DNA of 25,873 nt from a virus (Duplodnaviria > Caudoviricetes), in the IMG/VR virus record IMGVR_UViG_3300030104_002862, positions 1 to 25,873 of that record; one strand, written 5' to 3'. Shown piece by piece: positions 8,055-15,834 of this stretch. The notes below the pieces were generated by a model. It did not search any database and had not been told where the DNA came from. It saw only the letters and a program-made list of their open reading frames with translations. The translations under genes and the position numbers were made by a program. Within the stretch, counting starts at the first letter, position 1, and every line of letters begins with the position of its first letter.

Positions 8055-9135
8055 TTTCGGTCTCCAGATAAGATTCTATAAATGCTTGCGCCTGGGGCGC
8101 GACGATGGCGTTGCCGTAACCGCGGAGTCGCACCATTCTGGCGGCAGACCGATCAACCAGCGGCTCAAGGCCGGGTTCAGTTGGCCTCCATTTTTGATCT
8201 CTGCACCAGATCCAATCTGCATTTCGCCAGTAGCCGTTAGTCGGGCCGGCCCCGTCAGTTGGACTGTTGTGCCAAGTTTCATCAGCCCTCCGCTTTTGCC
8301 TTCTTTCTTGCGTCTCTGTTTCCGTTTTTCTACTGTCTCCAATTTCTCGCAGGTTTCGCTTGCATTGCACGTTGGCCACCCCGTCAGTTGAGCCTCGCCC
8401 GGCAGTTTTAGGATCTTTTCCTTGTTTTTTTTGTACGCATATTGACTGCCCGTCTGGTCGTTGGCTACTGGTGTTTTCCATGCCGTCAGCTGGCTCTGCG
8501 TCACCAGTGTCATTCCAAACTTTGTACCGGTCGTTTTGCTGATCCGTTGGGCGTTGCCGTTTTCGTCCATCGTTATGGCATGTGGCCCTCTGTTGCCGTC
8601 CATCGCGGTTGGACTGTTCCACGTTGTCTGCAAACCAGTAGAGTCTTTGCCGGAGGTGCGGTGCGCCGACGCTACAAGCTGGAAAAACGACCAACCCTGC
8701 GGCGTAGTTTTCTCGCGCCAGGTCTGCTTGTAGAGTGTCGAACCAAGCCTGACCAGCTTTTTGTGCAACCTGTTCGCCAAAGATTGTTGGCGGTCTTTTG
8801 CTCTTTGGTAAACCGGCGATGAGTCGATACATTTCTGGCCAGAGGTGTCGCTTGTCTTTTGTTCCGTCTTTTTTGCCGGCTGATGAGAATGGCTGGCATG
8901 GACAACTTCCGGTGAGGACGGGTCTATCGTCCGGCCATCCGGCGTTTCGGAGTGCGTAGCTCCAGACCCCGATGCCGGCGAAGAGGTGAATTTGTTTAAA
9001 TTGAATAAGTTCATTTGATCTAACATCTCTAATGTCTCTCTCGTCTACGTCACCCGGTGCGATCAGATCCTGTTTAATCAGTTCTCGCAACCAAGCACAA
9101 GTTTGTTTATCGTTTTCGTTGTAGTAGGCCGTCAT
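8047..9135 (-). CDS. C5-cytosine DNA methyltransferase, alpha polypeptide
   Basis: Motif I LFAGIG, IV GSCPCQPFS, VI GEQV, VIII HLRQRLYW, X YGNAIV. Motif IX is not evident in this frame. Confidence 0.9.
   Translation of the reverse strand: MTAYYNENDKQTCAWLRELIKQDLIAPGDVDERDIRDVRSNELIQFKQIHLFAGIGVWSYALRNAGWPDDRPVLTGSCPCQPFSSAGKKDGTKDKRHLWPEMYRLIAGLPKSKRPPTIFGEQVAQKAGQAWFDTLQADLARENYAAGLVVFPACSVGAPHLRQRLYWFADNVEQSNRDGRQQRATCHNDGRKRQRPTDQQNDRYKVWNDTGDAEPADGMENTSSQRPDGQSICVQKKQGKDPKTAGRGSTDGVANVQCKRNLREIGDSRKTETETQERRQKRRADETWHNSPTDGAGPTNGYWRNADWIWCRDQKWRPTEPGLEPLVDRSAARMVRLRGYGNAIVAPQAQAFIESYLETENA
8076..9026 (-). CDS. Nested alternative-frame methyltransferase beta polypeptide (target-recognition repeats + motif IX)
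   Basis: 316-codon ORF inside the MTase gene, ending 'GQLNPALSRWLIGLPPEW' (motif IX-like). Start codon uncertain. Confidence 0.7.
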   Translation of the reverse strand: MLDQMNLFNLNKFTSSPASGSGATHSETPDGRTIDPSSPEVVHASHSHQPAKKTEQKTSDTSGQKCIDSSPVYQRAKDRQQSLANRLHKKLVRLGSTLYKQTWREKTTPQGWSFFQLVASAHRTSGKDSTGLQTTWNSPTAMDGNRGPHAITMDENGNAQRISKTTGTKFGMTLVTQSQLTAWKTPVANDQTGSQYAYKKNKEKILKLPGEAQLTGWPTCNASETCEKLETVEKRKQRRKKEGKSGGLMKLGTTVQLTGPARLTATGEMQIGSGAEIKNGGQLNPALSRWLIGLPPEWCDSAVTATPSSRPRRKHL

Positions 9136-9139
9136 AATC

Positions 9140-9565
9140 CTATGGGCTGTTCGTAGTTTCTATTGCGTTTAAATTTTTTATAGATGGCGATGGCTCCAAC
9201 GAGGATAGCCAGTGCCGGTATACATCTCTTGGCATATCGGCCCAGTTTGCGTCCGGACTTGTTTGATGGCATACGCTTATTTTCTCCACGTTGAAATCCA
9301 TGAGGACGATGTAGAATGGAACGCCTAATGCCTTTGCTACATGGCGTAGTTTGCGACCAGAGAACTGATACCATAACCGATGCGCTACCCGGTCTTTCAC
9401 GGCCTGATTAATGATTGGATTTGTCGTCAACTCGAGCACTGCAACAGGGTAGTCACCACGCCATTCGATCTGGTCTACATCATGGACACCCGATACGTTC
9501 CACTGGTAGCGCCAGCTTTTATACGGAGCAGCTTTATCTGCCCAACCATACTTGCGCTGTTTCAT
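9140..9565 (-). CDS. PD-(D/E)XK nuclease-like protein
   Basis: 'DVDQIEW...VAVLELT...LRHVAKALGVPFYIV' fits the fold pattern, but the catalytic Lys is replaced by Thr. Confidence 0.45.
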   Translation of the reverse strand: MKQRKYGWADKAAPYKSWRYQWNVSGVHDVDQIEWRGDYPVAVLELTTNPIINQAVKDRVAHRLWYQFSGRKLRHVAKALGVPFYIVLMDFNVEKISVCHQTSPDANWADMPRDVYRHWLSSLEPSPSIKNLNAIETTNSP

Positions 9566-10299
9566 AGCTCACCCGTTAAATCAGCTTGCCCTGCACGGAC
9601 AACAATTCGTTTGCGGTGATGACCATCTCGTCCGTCTGCCACCCAGACCACATTTTCGTTTCGTGGCTGTAACTGAGGCCCACTTCTTTCAGTCTCCGAT
9701 AGACCGGAGTCGATAGCTCCAGTGGTTCCGGCCCCCGTGTTTCGTATCGCACTGCCGGTTGCGGTTTGTTCTCTTCGTACCACTGGTGCTGTATCGTCTG
9801 GCGTTTCAGCCACGTCACCTCTTCTTCGATCAGTTCGATAATCGCTTTCATTAAAAAAGGTGAACTCAGCGTCGCCCCATCCAGCAATTCTGAAAGTATT
9901 TCTAATGCCAGCCTCGTAGTCTCGTTGCTCACGTTTTGCGCGGGCGGTATCGTGCGCGATTTTTCTTGGATCATTTTTTGTAAAGTAAGTTGAGCGTGTT
10001 GCGTGAGCGTTAATACGGGCCTGGGTGTTTCGGTGTCTGGTTCTGGCATTTTCAATCATTTGTTTGAGGGCTTTGCCGGTGAGATTTAAGGTATGACCTT
10101 CTAAACTGAAAACGGTAAACACGCCCGGTTTACGTGGCGGTAATTCTGCGGTGAGTGCGCGTTTGTTTTGATTAAGCGCAGCCCATGTATAGCCGTATTC
10201 CAGGTCTTTACCTATTGCCATTTTAGCACCGTCTGATAGTGGAAACTTTTTAAGGACGTGTCTGGCTCGTTCCAGTGTTGTTGCTGTATACTCTTCCAT
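9562..10299 (-). CDS. Hypothetical protein
   Basis: GGAGG RBS before ATG 10299. The C-terminal third overlaps another ORF. Confidence 0.55.
   Translation of the reverse strand: MEEYTATTLERARHVLKKFPLSDGAKMAIGKDLEYGYTWAALNQNKRALTAELPPRKPGVFTVFSLEGHTLNLTGKALKQMIENARTRHRNTQARINAHATRSTYFTKNDPRKIAHDTARAKREQRDYEAGIRNTFRIAGWGDAEFTFFNESDYRTDRRRGDVAETPDDTAPVVRREQTATGSAIRNTGAGTTGAIDSGLSETERSGPQLQPRNENVVWVADGRDGHHRKRIVVRAGQADLTGEL
9576..9851 (-). CDS. Hypothetical protein nested in the 3' part of the previous ORF
   Basis: MKAIIELIEEEVTWLK... has natural-looking composition. Frame is open back to 10055. Confidence 0.45.
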   Translation of the reverse strand: MKAIIELIEEEVTWLKRQTIQHQWYEENKPQPAVRYETRGPEPLELSTPVYRRLKEVGLSYSHETKMWSGWQTDEMVITANELLSVQGKLI

Positions 10300-10366
10300 T
10301 ACTACCTCCATTTTTGTATTAGACGGGGTAGGCCAGAGGGGTTAGTTCCAGCCTACCCCTAAGTCA

Positions 10367-10636
10367 CTAAGCGCAGCCGGACGACCCGGCCCCCATACGC
10401 TCCACGCGCCCCATTGGTGTGTCGCGTGTTCGTGACTCTTCCAAATTTTCTATCCACCATTCAATGATTTGTATCACGTTTGTTTCTTCCGATAACAAAA
10501 CCGGATCACCGTAACGCATTACGATGGCGCACGGTTGCCGGTCGGGTTCAGCAGACGGCACAACGTCCACGATTTGATCTGCGTAGACATTGAGTAGGTA
10601 GCCGTCTGTTTTCTCGACCAACAACTGGTTGCTCAT
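10367..10636 (-). CDS. Small hypothetical protein
   Basis: ATGA-coupled to rusA. Confidence 0.6.
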   Translation of the reverse strand: MSNQLLVEKTDGYLLNVYADQIVDVVPSAEPDRQPCAIVMRYGDPVLLSEETNVIQIIEWWIENLEESRTRDTPMGRVERMGAGSSGCA

Positions 10637-11016
10637 AAGCCATCCGGCTCCGGCATTAACTCGACTTCGATTCGTGGGTCGTTTTTGTCCACGTCAAACC
10701 GATCCACAAAACCGATGATCCATTTTTGCGAGTCATCGGGTAAAACTTGTGCTTCGACCAATCCGTCCAAAATGTATTTTGCTGCTATGCGAATACCGTC
10801 CGGATCAGCACGTCTGTTTTTTGAGTAATATTCTGAGCGAACCCACACGGGTTGCGTGATTGGTGTGAGCTTTTGTGCCAACGCCTCAACGCGCACCATC
10901 TGAGTCCAACGCTTTTTCTCTTTGGAGTAGTGCGACCAGTGCCGTTTGGTTGCAGCTATCACCGTGTTGAGATTGGGCATGGCTCCTCTGATAACGAGCT
11001 TAGAATGGTAGGTCAT
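10633..11016 (-). CDS. rusA: RusA-family Holliday junction resolvase
   Basis: 'RRADPDG...KYILDGLVEAQVLPDDSQKWI...PRIEVEL'. Confidence 0.85.
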   Translation of the reverse strand: MTYHSKLVIRGAMPNLNTVIAATKRHWSHYSKEKKRWTQMVRVEALAQKLTPITQPVWVRSEYYSKNRRADPDGIRIAAKYILDGLVEAQVLPDDSQKWIIGFVDRFDVDKNDPRIEVELMPEPDGL

Positions 11017-11467
11017 CCGGATCGCCGATCAGATAATTCACATCGAAACTTTTGCAGCATTGGATAAACATGGACGTAGCCATCGGCCCGACCAGTTCGG
11101 ACGTAGGCTCCAAGTTGTTCGCCTTGCAGTTAGTAATCGCAGAGGCAATACAACGGCGCATCATCATCACTATGCCTTCAAATTTCCATTCGGCATGTTC
11201 TTCAGTGTTTGGTTCCGGTCGATGCCGTGCAATCATTTCTACCGCAAACGCTACGCTACCGTCTGTTCGTTTACTGGCCGTGACCTGGATCGTATCGCCT
11301 TGAGCAATCGACATCGGCTGTAGCTCTTTTAAGATTGCAGAATGGGCATCCGTCTTGAACTTGGCTTGGGTTGTTCCGGCTTGCACGGTATACGGCCAAA
11401 CAGCGCAGTCGATGATGGTTAGAGCAGTAGGCGTGTCAGGCCGAAAGCCAACGTCAGGTAGGCTCAT
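11000..11467 (-). CDS. Putative ssDNA-binding protein
   Basis: C-terminal 'DPDDLPF' acidic tail like the SSB C-terminus, in a recombination context. Confidence 0.45.
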   Translation of the reverse strand: MSLPDVGFRPDTPTALTIIDCAVWPYTVQAGTTQAKFKTDAHSAILKELQPMSIAQGDTIQVTASKRTDGSVAFAVEMIARHRPEPNTEEHAEWKFEGIVMMMRRCIASAITNCKANNLEPTSELVGPMATSMFIQCCKSFDVNYLIGDPDDLPF

Positions 11468-11961
11468 AGATCACCCCCTAACAGGTCAGCTTGTGGTTGG
11501 GGTGTATTAGTTGGTTTGAGTTGTTCTGTGGCTTGTTGAGCAGCCTGTTGGGTTTGCTCGGATGCGAGAAAACTATCTACGGTTGTGTTAGGTGCAGCCG
11601 TGCATGTTACCGTCCAAACCGGCGCCCATTTTTGTGTGCCGTCTCTACCAGTGAACTCCTCACGGTCGCACTGAATATGAATCGTAGAGCCACGATGTCC
11701 ACCGGCATTCTGGATCGCCTCATGTTGGCGCGGATTACAAAACATGGTGTGGGTTACGCCCTGATGGTCTATGTTGTAGATAAAGTAAGGGCCGTATTTA
11801 CCGGCTTTTTCCAGTGGCGTATCGTAGTTTAGAATCAGATCGTGCGACGTTCCGTCAGGCAGTAGGGTAGTAGGTTCGCCCCGGTTGTCTTTGCCTTGCG
11901 TGACTTCAACAACTTTAGAATCAAAAATTAGTTTGGGTGGAAAGGTTCGCATTTCCGTCAT
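11464..11961 (-). CDS. Hypothetical beta-rich protein (possible OB-fold)
   Basis: GGAGG RBS before ATG 11961 and ATGA coupling. The 12057 start in the track is unlikely. Confidence 0.6.
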   Translation of the reverse strand: MTEMRTFPPKLIFDSKVVEVTQGKDNRGEPTTLLPDGTSHDLILNYDTPLEKAGKYGPYFIYNIDHQGVTHTMFCNPRQHEAIQNAGGHRGSTIHIQCDREEFTGRDGTQKWAPVWTVTCTAAPNTTVDSFLASEQTQQAAQQATEQLKPTNTPQPQADLLGGDL

Positions 11962-12095
11962 TTTGTGACCTCCATGATGAAAGGCACAAAGACAAATGCG
12001 ATGATGTAAATGGATGTGAGGGTGAGGGCAACTGTGTAGCCGTGCAACTTTAGCCATTTGACTATTGCACAGCCGTTCAGCATATTTGACAACAT
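11958..12095 (-). CDS. Small single-TM peptide (45 aa, MLSNMLNGCAIVKWLKLHGYTVALTLTSIYIIAFVFVPFIMEVTK)
   Basis: AGGAAAG RBS, about 20 hydrophobic residues, ATGA overlap with the next gene. Not in the ORF track. Confidence 0.6.
   Translation of the reverse strand: MLSNMLNGCAIVKWLKLHGYTVALTLTSIYIIAFVFVPFIMEVTK
12058..12086 (+). promoter_or_regulatory. Antisense sigma70 promoter
   Basis: TTGACT-17 nt-CATATT. Confidence 0.55.
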
Positions 12096-12173
12096 ACTTT
12101 CCTACTTTCTTTAGCGAGTGAGGTGGATTGTAATCGGCTCACACGGTGTTACAGCACCGCGTGGGCTTTTTTT
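12092..12173 (+). ncRNA. Candidate ~80-nt antisense RNA
   Basis: Bounded by the promoter above and a + strand terminator (stem 12136-12167 plus T7). No + strand gene nearby. Confidence 0.55.
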
Positions 12174-12176
12174 ATG

Positions 12177-12845
12177 TTAGCTCATTATCGTGTCTATATA
12201 TTTTAGTGTCCGGGTTTTAATTTTTACTGGCGCTCCGTCGCAAATCTCACGCACCGAATGCAACATGCACCAGCTATCAATAATTGCTGTAGTCCGTATG
12301 TGCGCTGATGCGTTCAGGCCGACGGCAACCGGATCGCCGGCGTGATTGTCTACAATGTCCACAAACACGTTAACTTGGTCTGCACTAAGCCATGCGCTTT
12401 TCACCAGCAAAACCATTTTTTTTGATTTTAAGTTTTTATTGGATTCCAGTTCTTCTGCAAGGGTACAACCTACGCGATTAGGACTGCCCAGTGGCTGGTC
12501 GCCATAGATCAGCTTGTAATCGTCGGCAAAATATTTATTGATTGTTTTGATTGTTTCCGGGCCATCGTACAAATTGCTATAAATGTCAAAAATCGCCGTG
12601 TCTATTTTTTTGACACTTGTCAATGATTTCCGATCAAGGCCAGCCTCTATCAGCGTTGCCGGAGGCACACCAAACCCACTGGCGAGTTGTTGCAGCGTAT
12701 GCAGTGTGGGTGAGACTTCGCCGTTCATAATTCGCTGTATGGACGCTTTCGATACGTTGGATTTTGTTGCAAGTGTGGCCTGAGACATTGACGTTCGGGC
12801 CAGTAATATCGGTATGTTTTTCTGCACTGCTTTACTCACGTCCAT
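12177..12845 (-). CDS. XRE-family HTH regulator (candidate repressor) with a non-peptidase C-terminal domain
   Basis: 'MSQATLATKSNVSKASIQRIMNGEVSPTLHTLQQLASGFGVPPATL'. AGGAG RBS and its own promoter. Confidence 0.8.
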   Translation of the reverse strand: MDVSKAVQKNIPILLARTSMSQATLATKSNVSKASIQRIMNGEVSPTLHTLQQLASGFGVPPATLIEAGLDRKSLTSVKKIDTAIFDIYSNLYDGPETIKTINKYFADDYKLIYGDQPLGSPNRVGCTLAEELESNKNLKSKKMVLLVKSAWLSADQVNVFVDIVDNHAGDPVAVGLNASAHIRTTAIIDSWCMLHSVREICDGAPVKIKTRTLKYIDTIMS

Positions 12846-12871
12846 AATCAAATTCTCCTGTGGGGGTGAGT

Positions 12872-12900
12872 ATTATAGCAATGCACAAAAGATAGTGCAA
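12872..12900 (-). promoter_or_regulatory. Promoter of the XRE regulator with an overlapping inverted repeat
   Basis: TTGCAC-17 nt-TATAAT with extended TGn. TGCAC-N8-GTGCA at 12882-12899. Confidence 0.65.
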
Positions 12901-13144
12901 ATCTCAAACAAACCCATTTATGTGTTCATTTTGCTAATCAAAAACAGTGCAAAATATGACGACTATGTAATTAAAACGCTATTTATATAGGGGTATTGTT
13001 ATTCAAGGGTGAACAAATGACCAACTTAACAGGTGCGAAAATGAACCCATATTGTTGTTTGTTGGTTGCAAAAAAGTTTGATAAAATTAATTGCCAACTG
13101 GCAAACGTATAGCAATGTATATACAATGTCGTTACATGATATAC

Positions 13145-13184
13145 AAAAAAACAGCCGCCAACCGGTCTATCCGATCAGCGACTG
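13145..13184 (-). terminator. Intrinsic terminator of the leftward early operon
   Basis: CAGTCGCTGATCGG / CCGGTTGGCGGCTG stem (G-U pairs on the - strand) plus T7. Confidence 0.75.
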
Positions 13185-13212
13185 CTTATCTATTAACCTG
13201 AAGCCTATGGCG

Positions 13213-13443
13213 TTAGCCAGTAGCTTTGGGCACATGTAATCTAACCCAATCACGGCCAGGCTTCAAGGTTGCAATCAAATCGACAAACTTTACAATCGTT
13301 TCCGACGGTTCCTGTTTGCCAGACTCCCACCGGTTTACAATGGCTGGCGTAACGCCTAATGTTTCGGCAAACTGAACTTGCGTTATTCCTAATTCTTTTC
13401 GCACCTCTTTAATGCGTTTACCCGGTGTTAGTTCCTCACTCAT
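13213..13443 (-). CDS. Cro/XRE-type small HTH protein
   Basis: 'IKEVRKELGITQVQFAETLGVTPAIVNRWESGKQEP'. GGAG RBS; overlaps the recombinase stop. Confidence 0.8.
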   Translation of the reverse strand: MSEELTPGKRIKEVRKELGITQVQFAETLGVTPAIVNRWESGKQEPSETIVKFVDLIATLKPGRDWVRLHVPKATG

Positions 13444-14356
13444 CGTTGTCTCCGGTCGTAATGTAATCGGTTGCATTATCGTCAAGCGAATCACGATCCT
13501 GATAGTATCTAAGCGTAGTCTTGAGATCCGCATGACGTAAATGTCCTTGCACCTTTTGCGGTTGCGCTCCGCCTTCAAACGCTAACGTGCAACACGTATG
13601 GCGAAACGAGTGCGCGGATATGTCGATACCAACTTGCTTGCCGTATCCTTTAACAATATCTGTTACGGTAGCAGGGCGCATAGATCGGCCGTAGTTGAGC
13701 GTGGATAGAGAAACGAACACGTAATCAAATTGATCCTGATACGCTTGCCGTAGGGCTTGCAATGCTTTAACAATCACGGGCGATAATTTGACGTGTTGCT
13801 CCATGCCTGACTTAGTATTAGGCAATACTGCAATCAAATGCGAACCCTCTTCGCGTATATGCGACCAACGCAATCTTGTCGCCTCCGCACGACGTAATCC
13901 GGCATAGAGTAGCACCAGCATCAATGCGTGGTCACGCTTGGCCATCAGCTCGTTTTTGTTCGATTGAGCCAGGCGCAACATAGCATTAATATGTTTGGTC
14001 GCAATCGCTTTGCCTACTGAACTATCCGACACTTTCATATTCTTGACTAACGCTGGATCTGCCGGATTCTTTTTGACAATGCCTTTGGCTACCATACGCC
14101 TATAGAAACCGCGTAGTGATGTTAGCTTACGGTTGACGGTTGTATTCTTGGCATCATTTGCAATCAAATCGTTACGAAACTGCTCAACGTCCTCTACAGC
14201 TACACCAGTAACCTGATCCACCGTGACAAGCGTAGTGCCAAAAAAGGCAATCAAATCGGCACGATACGCTTGACGGGTAGATGGGGCCAGTTGCGATTCC
14301 AGGAATGGTTCAAGCAAATCAGCGGACGGGTGAGGCAAAACAGCAATGTTAGTCAT
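13436..14356 (-). CDS. XerC/D-like tyrosine recombinase
   Basis: 'STRQAYRADL' core-binding domain, GLRRAE, TKSG, SAHSFRH, LRH and TTLRY. No arm-binding domain. Confidence 0.9.
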   Translation of the reverse strand: MTNIAVLPHPSADLLEPFLESQLAPSTRQAYRADLIAFFGTTLVTVDQVTGVAVEDVEQFRNDLIANDAKNTTVNRKLTSLRGFYRRMVAKGIVKKNPADPALVKNMKVSDSSVGKAIATKHINAMLRLAQSNKNELMAKRDHALMLVLLYAGLRRAEATRLRWSHIREEGSHLIAVLPNTKSGMEQHVKLSPVIVKALQALRQAYQDQFDYVFVSLSTLNYGRSMRPATVTDIVKGYGKQVGIDISAHSFRHTCCTLAFEGGAQPQKVQGHLRHADLKTTLRYYQDRDSLDDNATDYITTGDNDE

Positions 14357-14801
14357 TGTCGGCCTCGTTTTTTGCACGTTCAGCACGTTCAGCTTTCCAC
14401 TTGGCCGACTGATAGGCGCGATACTCTGCTGTAGCTGTTTCGGCTACGATTATGGTTTTCTGTAGATCTTCGACTAATTGTTTCGCGTCCTCTAAACTAA
14501 GCGTAAATGTAGAAGTCCAATCATAGCGCATACGAAGTGATTCTTCGTCGTCGTGGTATTCCTCAATCTGTTTCACAAGATCGTGAAATTTGCCCATACT
14601 GGACATGTGTAAATCAATTCGCTCTACACCTCTTGGAGAAAAGTAAAACGTGTTGACTTGTAGATTGGTATCAGTTGACGGATCTTCCGACCCTAATCCG
14701 TCGTTGAAATGGTCGTCTTCATATTTGATGTCGGTTTTGCGGCTGCTATACTTCACGTCTTCTGGTTTTTGTATCTCGTTATTACCGTTTGCTGATACCA
14801 T
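14349..14801 (-). CDS. Acidic hypothetical protein
   Basis: GGAGG RBS; tiles the operon. Confidence 0.65.
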   Translation of the reverse strand: MVSANGNNEIQKPEDVKYSSRKTDIKYEDDHFNDGLGSEDPSTDTNLQVNTFYFSPRGVERIDLHMSSMGKFHDLVKQIEEYHDDEESLRMRYDWTSTFTLSLEDAKQLVEDLQKTIIVAETATAEYRAYQSAKWKAERAERAKNEADND

Positions 14802-14861
14802 TGTGATTCCTCCGTTTGTTTAACTGTTAAAATTATAATGAAAAGTGTGGGATTCCTAAAA

Positions 14862-15074
14862 TTATTCTTGTATGTCTCTAATGAATGATTCCGCGTCAAA
14901 TTCTGGATCGGCTTTTTTCAATTCCTCAGCAAACAAATTGGCAATGAATGCCTCCGTTATACCGGTGTAATCTTTTGGTGCTAATCCATCTGCTTTTAGC
15001 GCAATGCTGAACTGTTTAAGCACTCCGGCAATCTGATACGAGTCGATTAATGGCCTACGATATTTATCTGGCAT
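14862..15074 (-). CDS. Hypothetical protein (70 aa)
   Basis: AAGGAG RBS before ATG 15074. Confidence 0.6.
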   Translation of the reverse strand: MPDKYRRPLIDSYQIAGVLKQFSIALKADGLAPKDYTGITEAFIANLFAEELKKADPEFDAESFIRDIQE

Positions 15075-15084
15075 GATAATCTCC

Positions 15085-15276
15085 TTATCTGATTGATCCG
15101 CGATAGCGTCCAGTATCGTCATAGGCAATCACGACGTAATACCGGCTACCAGGTTGTATGGGGTGAGCGATGTAAGTGCAATCGTTTTGTTGATCGTCGG
15201 CAATCAATTCGGCAATCAACTGGTTCGCATCTGTTCGACTACGATAGGGTAATGGGTGCTTGATCGGATTAGTCAT
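15085..15276 (-). CDS. Hypothetical protein
   Basis: GAGGTG RBS; overlaps the upstream stop. Confidence 0.6.
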   Translation of the reverse strand: MTNPIKHPLPYRSRTDANQLIAELIADDQQNDCTYIAHPIQPGSRYYVVIAYDDTGRYRGSIR

Positions 15277-15796
15277 TGTCACCTCGCAAGGCTAACAACA
15301 TAGCTACCGGGGTATCGTTGTTGTCATAGGCTACCAGTGCATATGGGTAGTCGTTTTTAACAACGTCTAATTTTGTTGGATTAGTTTGTGATACAATGTA
15401 AGCACAACGCTTACCGTCGAAATTAACCTTATCGCCATTGTCTAACACAACGTGCAATTTCGCGTCAATCACTGTGTGCTTAATCTTGCTACTCTCTCTG
15501 GCTACATGCGATGCAATTAGGTGACGTTCTCCGCTAATCGCGTCCGATATTGCTTGTTCAATAAGTTCGTTTGCAATCTCTTTGTAATTCGGAGTTACTA
15601 ATTGCTTTTTGCCCTTCTTCGCAACTGATCTACGCACTGCAAGTTTTCCGTTTGTTGCCCAATCAATCTGTTCTGGATCTCTGGAGCAATTTCCGTCATC
15701 TAATACTGGTTTGTTTGCTCCAAATGTTGATGGCAAATATTTGCAATCTACAGCGAGTAGATCTTGCTCAATCTGTTCTACTTGTCTTCGTGACAT
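15269..15796 (-). CDS. Hypothetical early protein, possibly sliding-clamp-like
   Basis: First gene after a strong promoter. 'WATNGKLAVR', 'VNFDGK' and a terminal 'MLLALR'. Confidence 0.55.
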   Translation of the reverse strand: MSRRQVEQIEQDLLAVDCKYLPSTFGANKPVLDDGNCSRDPEQIDWATNGKLAVRRSVAKKGKKQLVTPNYKEIANELIEQAISDAISGERHLIASHVARESSKIKHTVIDAKLHVVLDNGDKVNFDGKRCAYIVSQTNPTKLDVVKNDYPYALVAYDNNDTPVAMLLALRGDND

Positions 15797-15834
15797 ACTG
15801 GCCGTCCTTTCGGCTTAGATTAATAGATACAAGT

